Positions 62,085-64,000 of a DNA stretch of 64,000 nucleotides are shown here, piece by piece. The notes beneath the pieces are model-generated. The model was not told the origin of the DNA. It saw only the letters and a program-made list of their open reading frames with translations, and did not search any database. The DNA comes from Macrostomum lignano. Lineage: Eukaryota. Both the position numbers and the translations under genes were made by a program. Positions within the stretch are counted from its first letter, which is position 1, and each line of letters starts with the position of its first letter. The stretch covers positions 1 to 64,000 of the forward strand of contig NIVC01003418.1 in NCBI GenBank assembly GCA_002269645.1, in the 5' to 3' direction.

Positions 62085-62775
62085 GTTAGAGAAGAAGGAG
62101 AAGGGGGAAGAAGGGGAGGGAGGAGGGGAGAGGGAAGAGGAGAGAGGAGAGAAAGAGGAAGGGAGAGAAGGGAGGGAGAGAGGGAGGGAGAAAGAGAGAG
62201 AAGGGAGAGGATTAAGAGAAGATTAAGGGAGAGGCTAGATATTTCGAGTTAGTTAAAGGAGAGAGGAGGGAGAGGTGAGAGAGGGAAAGGGAGAGGGAGA
62301 GAGGAGAGGGAGAAAGAGGGAGGGAGAGGGAGAGGGAGAGGGAGAGGGAAGAGGAGAGAGAGGGAGAGGGAGGGAGAGGGAGAGGGAGGGAGAGAAGGGA
62401 GGGAGAGGGAAGGGAGGGAGAGGGAGGGAGGGAGGGAAAGGGAGAGAGGGAGAGGGAGGGAGAGTAAGGGAGAGAGGGAGGGAAAGGGAGAGGGAGATAG
62501 GGAGAGAAAGAGAGAAAGAGGGAGGGAGAGGGAGAGGGAGAGGGAAAGGGAGAGGGAGAGAGGTAGAGGGAGAAAGAGGGAGGGAGAGGGAGAGGGAGAG
62601 GGAGAGGGAAGGGAGGGAGAGGGAAGGGAGGGAGAGGGAAGGGAGGGAGAGGAAGGGAGGGAGAGGGAAGGGAGGGAGAGGGAGAGGGAGGGAGAGGAAA
62701 GGGAGGGAGAGGGAGAGGGAGGGAGAGGGAAGGGAGGGAGAGGGAGGGAAAGGGAGGGCAGGGAAGGAACGGAGA
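62085..62775. repeat. Purine-rich (GGA/GA/GGGAGA) low-complexity tract
   Basis: Nearly pure G/A; overlapping ORFs are artefacts. Confidence 0.95.
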
Positions 62776-62951
62776 AAGGATGCGACAAGGTGGTCAAAAA
62801 ACTGACTCAACATATTATTAATGAGAAATCTATTGACGTATCAAATTATAAAAGTAAGGTAAATTTTCTAATGAAAATTCCATAAATCTGAGCAAGCAGT
62901 TCATACTACTAATAGTAACGGTACTGATTGAGTCAAGTTCAACAACAAGCA

Positions 62952-63158
62952 TCACACCATCATATGCGACGGACACTTGATTTCGGACAGTTCATGCGCC
63001 GTATACCTGGGCGATCTCATGTGACAGAACTCCAATAGATTATTAACGATGCCGCGATCGAACGGATTGCGGAAATTGCCATTTAAATCTTTCAAGTAGG
63101 TGTAGCGCTTCTTGTTCATGCTCTCGTTTGTGGTCATGTTGATTGCGGCGTGGTACCA
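62952..63158 (-). CDS. Last coding exon of a DHHC palmitoyltransferase (ZDHHC family); upstream exons lie beyond the window
   Basis: Acceptor tcttcag|TGG; WYHAAINMTTNESMNKKRYTYLKDLNGNFRNPFDRGIVNNLLEF contains TTxE and PaCCT (NPF-x-G-x3-N-x3-F) motifs; TGA at 62952. Confidence 0.85.
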   Translation of the reverse strand, partial: WYHAAINMTTNESMNKKRYTYLKDLNGNFRNPFDRGIVNNLLEFCHMRSPRYTAHELSEIKCPSHMMV

Positions 63159-63419
63159 CTGAAGATTATTAGGCAGGAAAATAATTAAATCTAGCATTGT
63201 CCTACTTTAGCTACTTATATCTAGATACTAAGTAGTACAAATTTGCTTCAAGATTTAAGAAAAGTGCAAAAAGGTGCAGTGAATTTGTGCGTTTCTGCCA
63301 AGAATCGTAATACTGTGCTTAAATTATCTCTATGAAAAAACTCACATGGAAGTGAAAAAACAGGCAAATAGAATCACATTGAACAAGTATTAAAAAGGTA
63401 ATTTGTACACTGCGGTTAG

Positions 63420-64000
63420 GAAGGCGACTGGCTGGGGCCAGTGTGTACACTGAGGTTAGGGAGGGTTATGGGCTGGGGCCAGTGTGTACACTGGGGTTAG
63501 GGAGGGGTTATGGGCTGGGGCCAGTGTGTACACTGAGGTTAGGGAGGGGTTATGGGCTGGGGCCAGTGTGTACACTGGGGTGAGGGAGGGGTTATGGCTG
63601 GGGCCAGTGTGTACACTGGGGTTAGGGAGGGGTTATGGGCTGGGGCCAGTGTGTACACTGGGGTTAGGGAGGGGTTATGGCTGGGGCCAGTGTGTACACT
63701 GGGGTTAGGGAGGGGTTATGGGCTGGGGCCAGTGTGTACACTGGGGTTAGGGAGGGGTTATGGGCTGGGGCCAGTGTGTACACTGGGGTTAGGGAGGGGT
63801 TATGGGCTGGGGCCAGTGTGTACACTGGGGTTATGGAGGGGACTGGCTGGGGCCAGTGTGTACACTGGGGTTAGGGAGGGGTTATGGGCTGGGGCCAGTG
63901 TGTACACTGGGGTTAGGGAGGGGTTATGGCTGGGGCCAGTGTGTACACTGGGGTTAGGGAGGGGTTATGGGCTGGGGCCAGTGTGTACACTGGGGTTAGG
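63420..64000. repeat. 39/40-bp G-rich tandem repeat, runs off the window end
   Basis: gggccagtgtgtacactggggttagggaggggttatgggctg units; presumably intronic to the DHHC gene. Confidence 0.95.

Overview
Repeat-rich eukaryotic (metazoan invertebrate) genomic DNA. It has GT-AG introns, tRNA-derived SINEs and long microsatellites; a free-living flatworm such as Macrostomum is my guess and cannot be verified here. Host genes: (1) five tandem, intronless DUF1294/YsdA-like small membrane-protein genes at 0.9-11.9 kb, three with a Cys-rich N-terminus and an expandable N-A-T sequon-rich tail; (2) a 4-exon myosin regulatory light chain gene (minus, 15.8-17.4 kb); (3) eight copies or fragments of an intronless signal peptide + C-type lectin + PAN/Apple-like gene family over 19-61 kb, with near-identical ends, a variable sugar-binding region and at least one mosaic copy; (4) two tandem 2-exon sigma-like glutathione S-transferase genes, one with its 3' splice site amplified into a 13-copy tandem array; (5) the last coding exon of a DHHC palmitoyltransferase at 63 kb. 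The rest is mobile DNA and repeats: a frameshifted piggyBac, the 3' end of an RNase H-bearing LINE, a Gypsy-type integrase fragment, a probable internally deleted Crypton (tyrosine recombinase) remnant, two tRNA-headed SINE families, several MITEs and foldbacks, and many mini- and microsatellites. Most long ORFs in the supplied track that lie over repeats are artefacts. No rRNA, intact tRNA or CRISPR array was seen.
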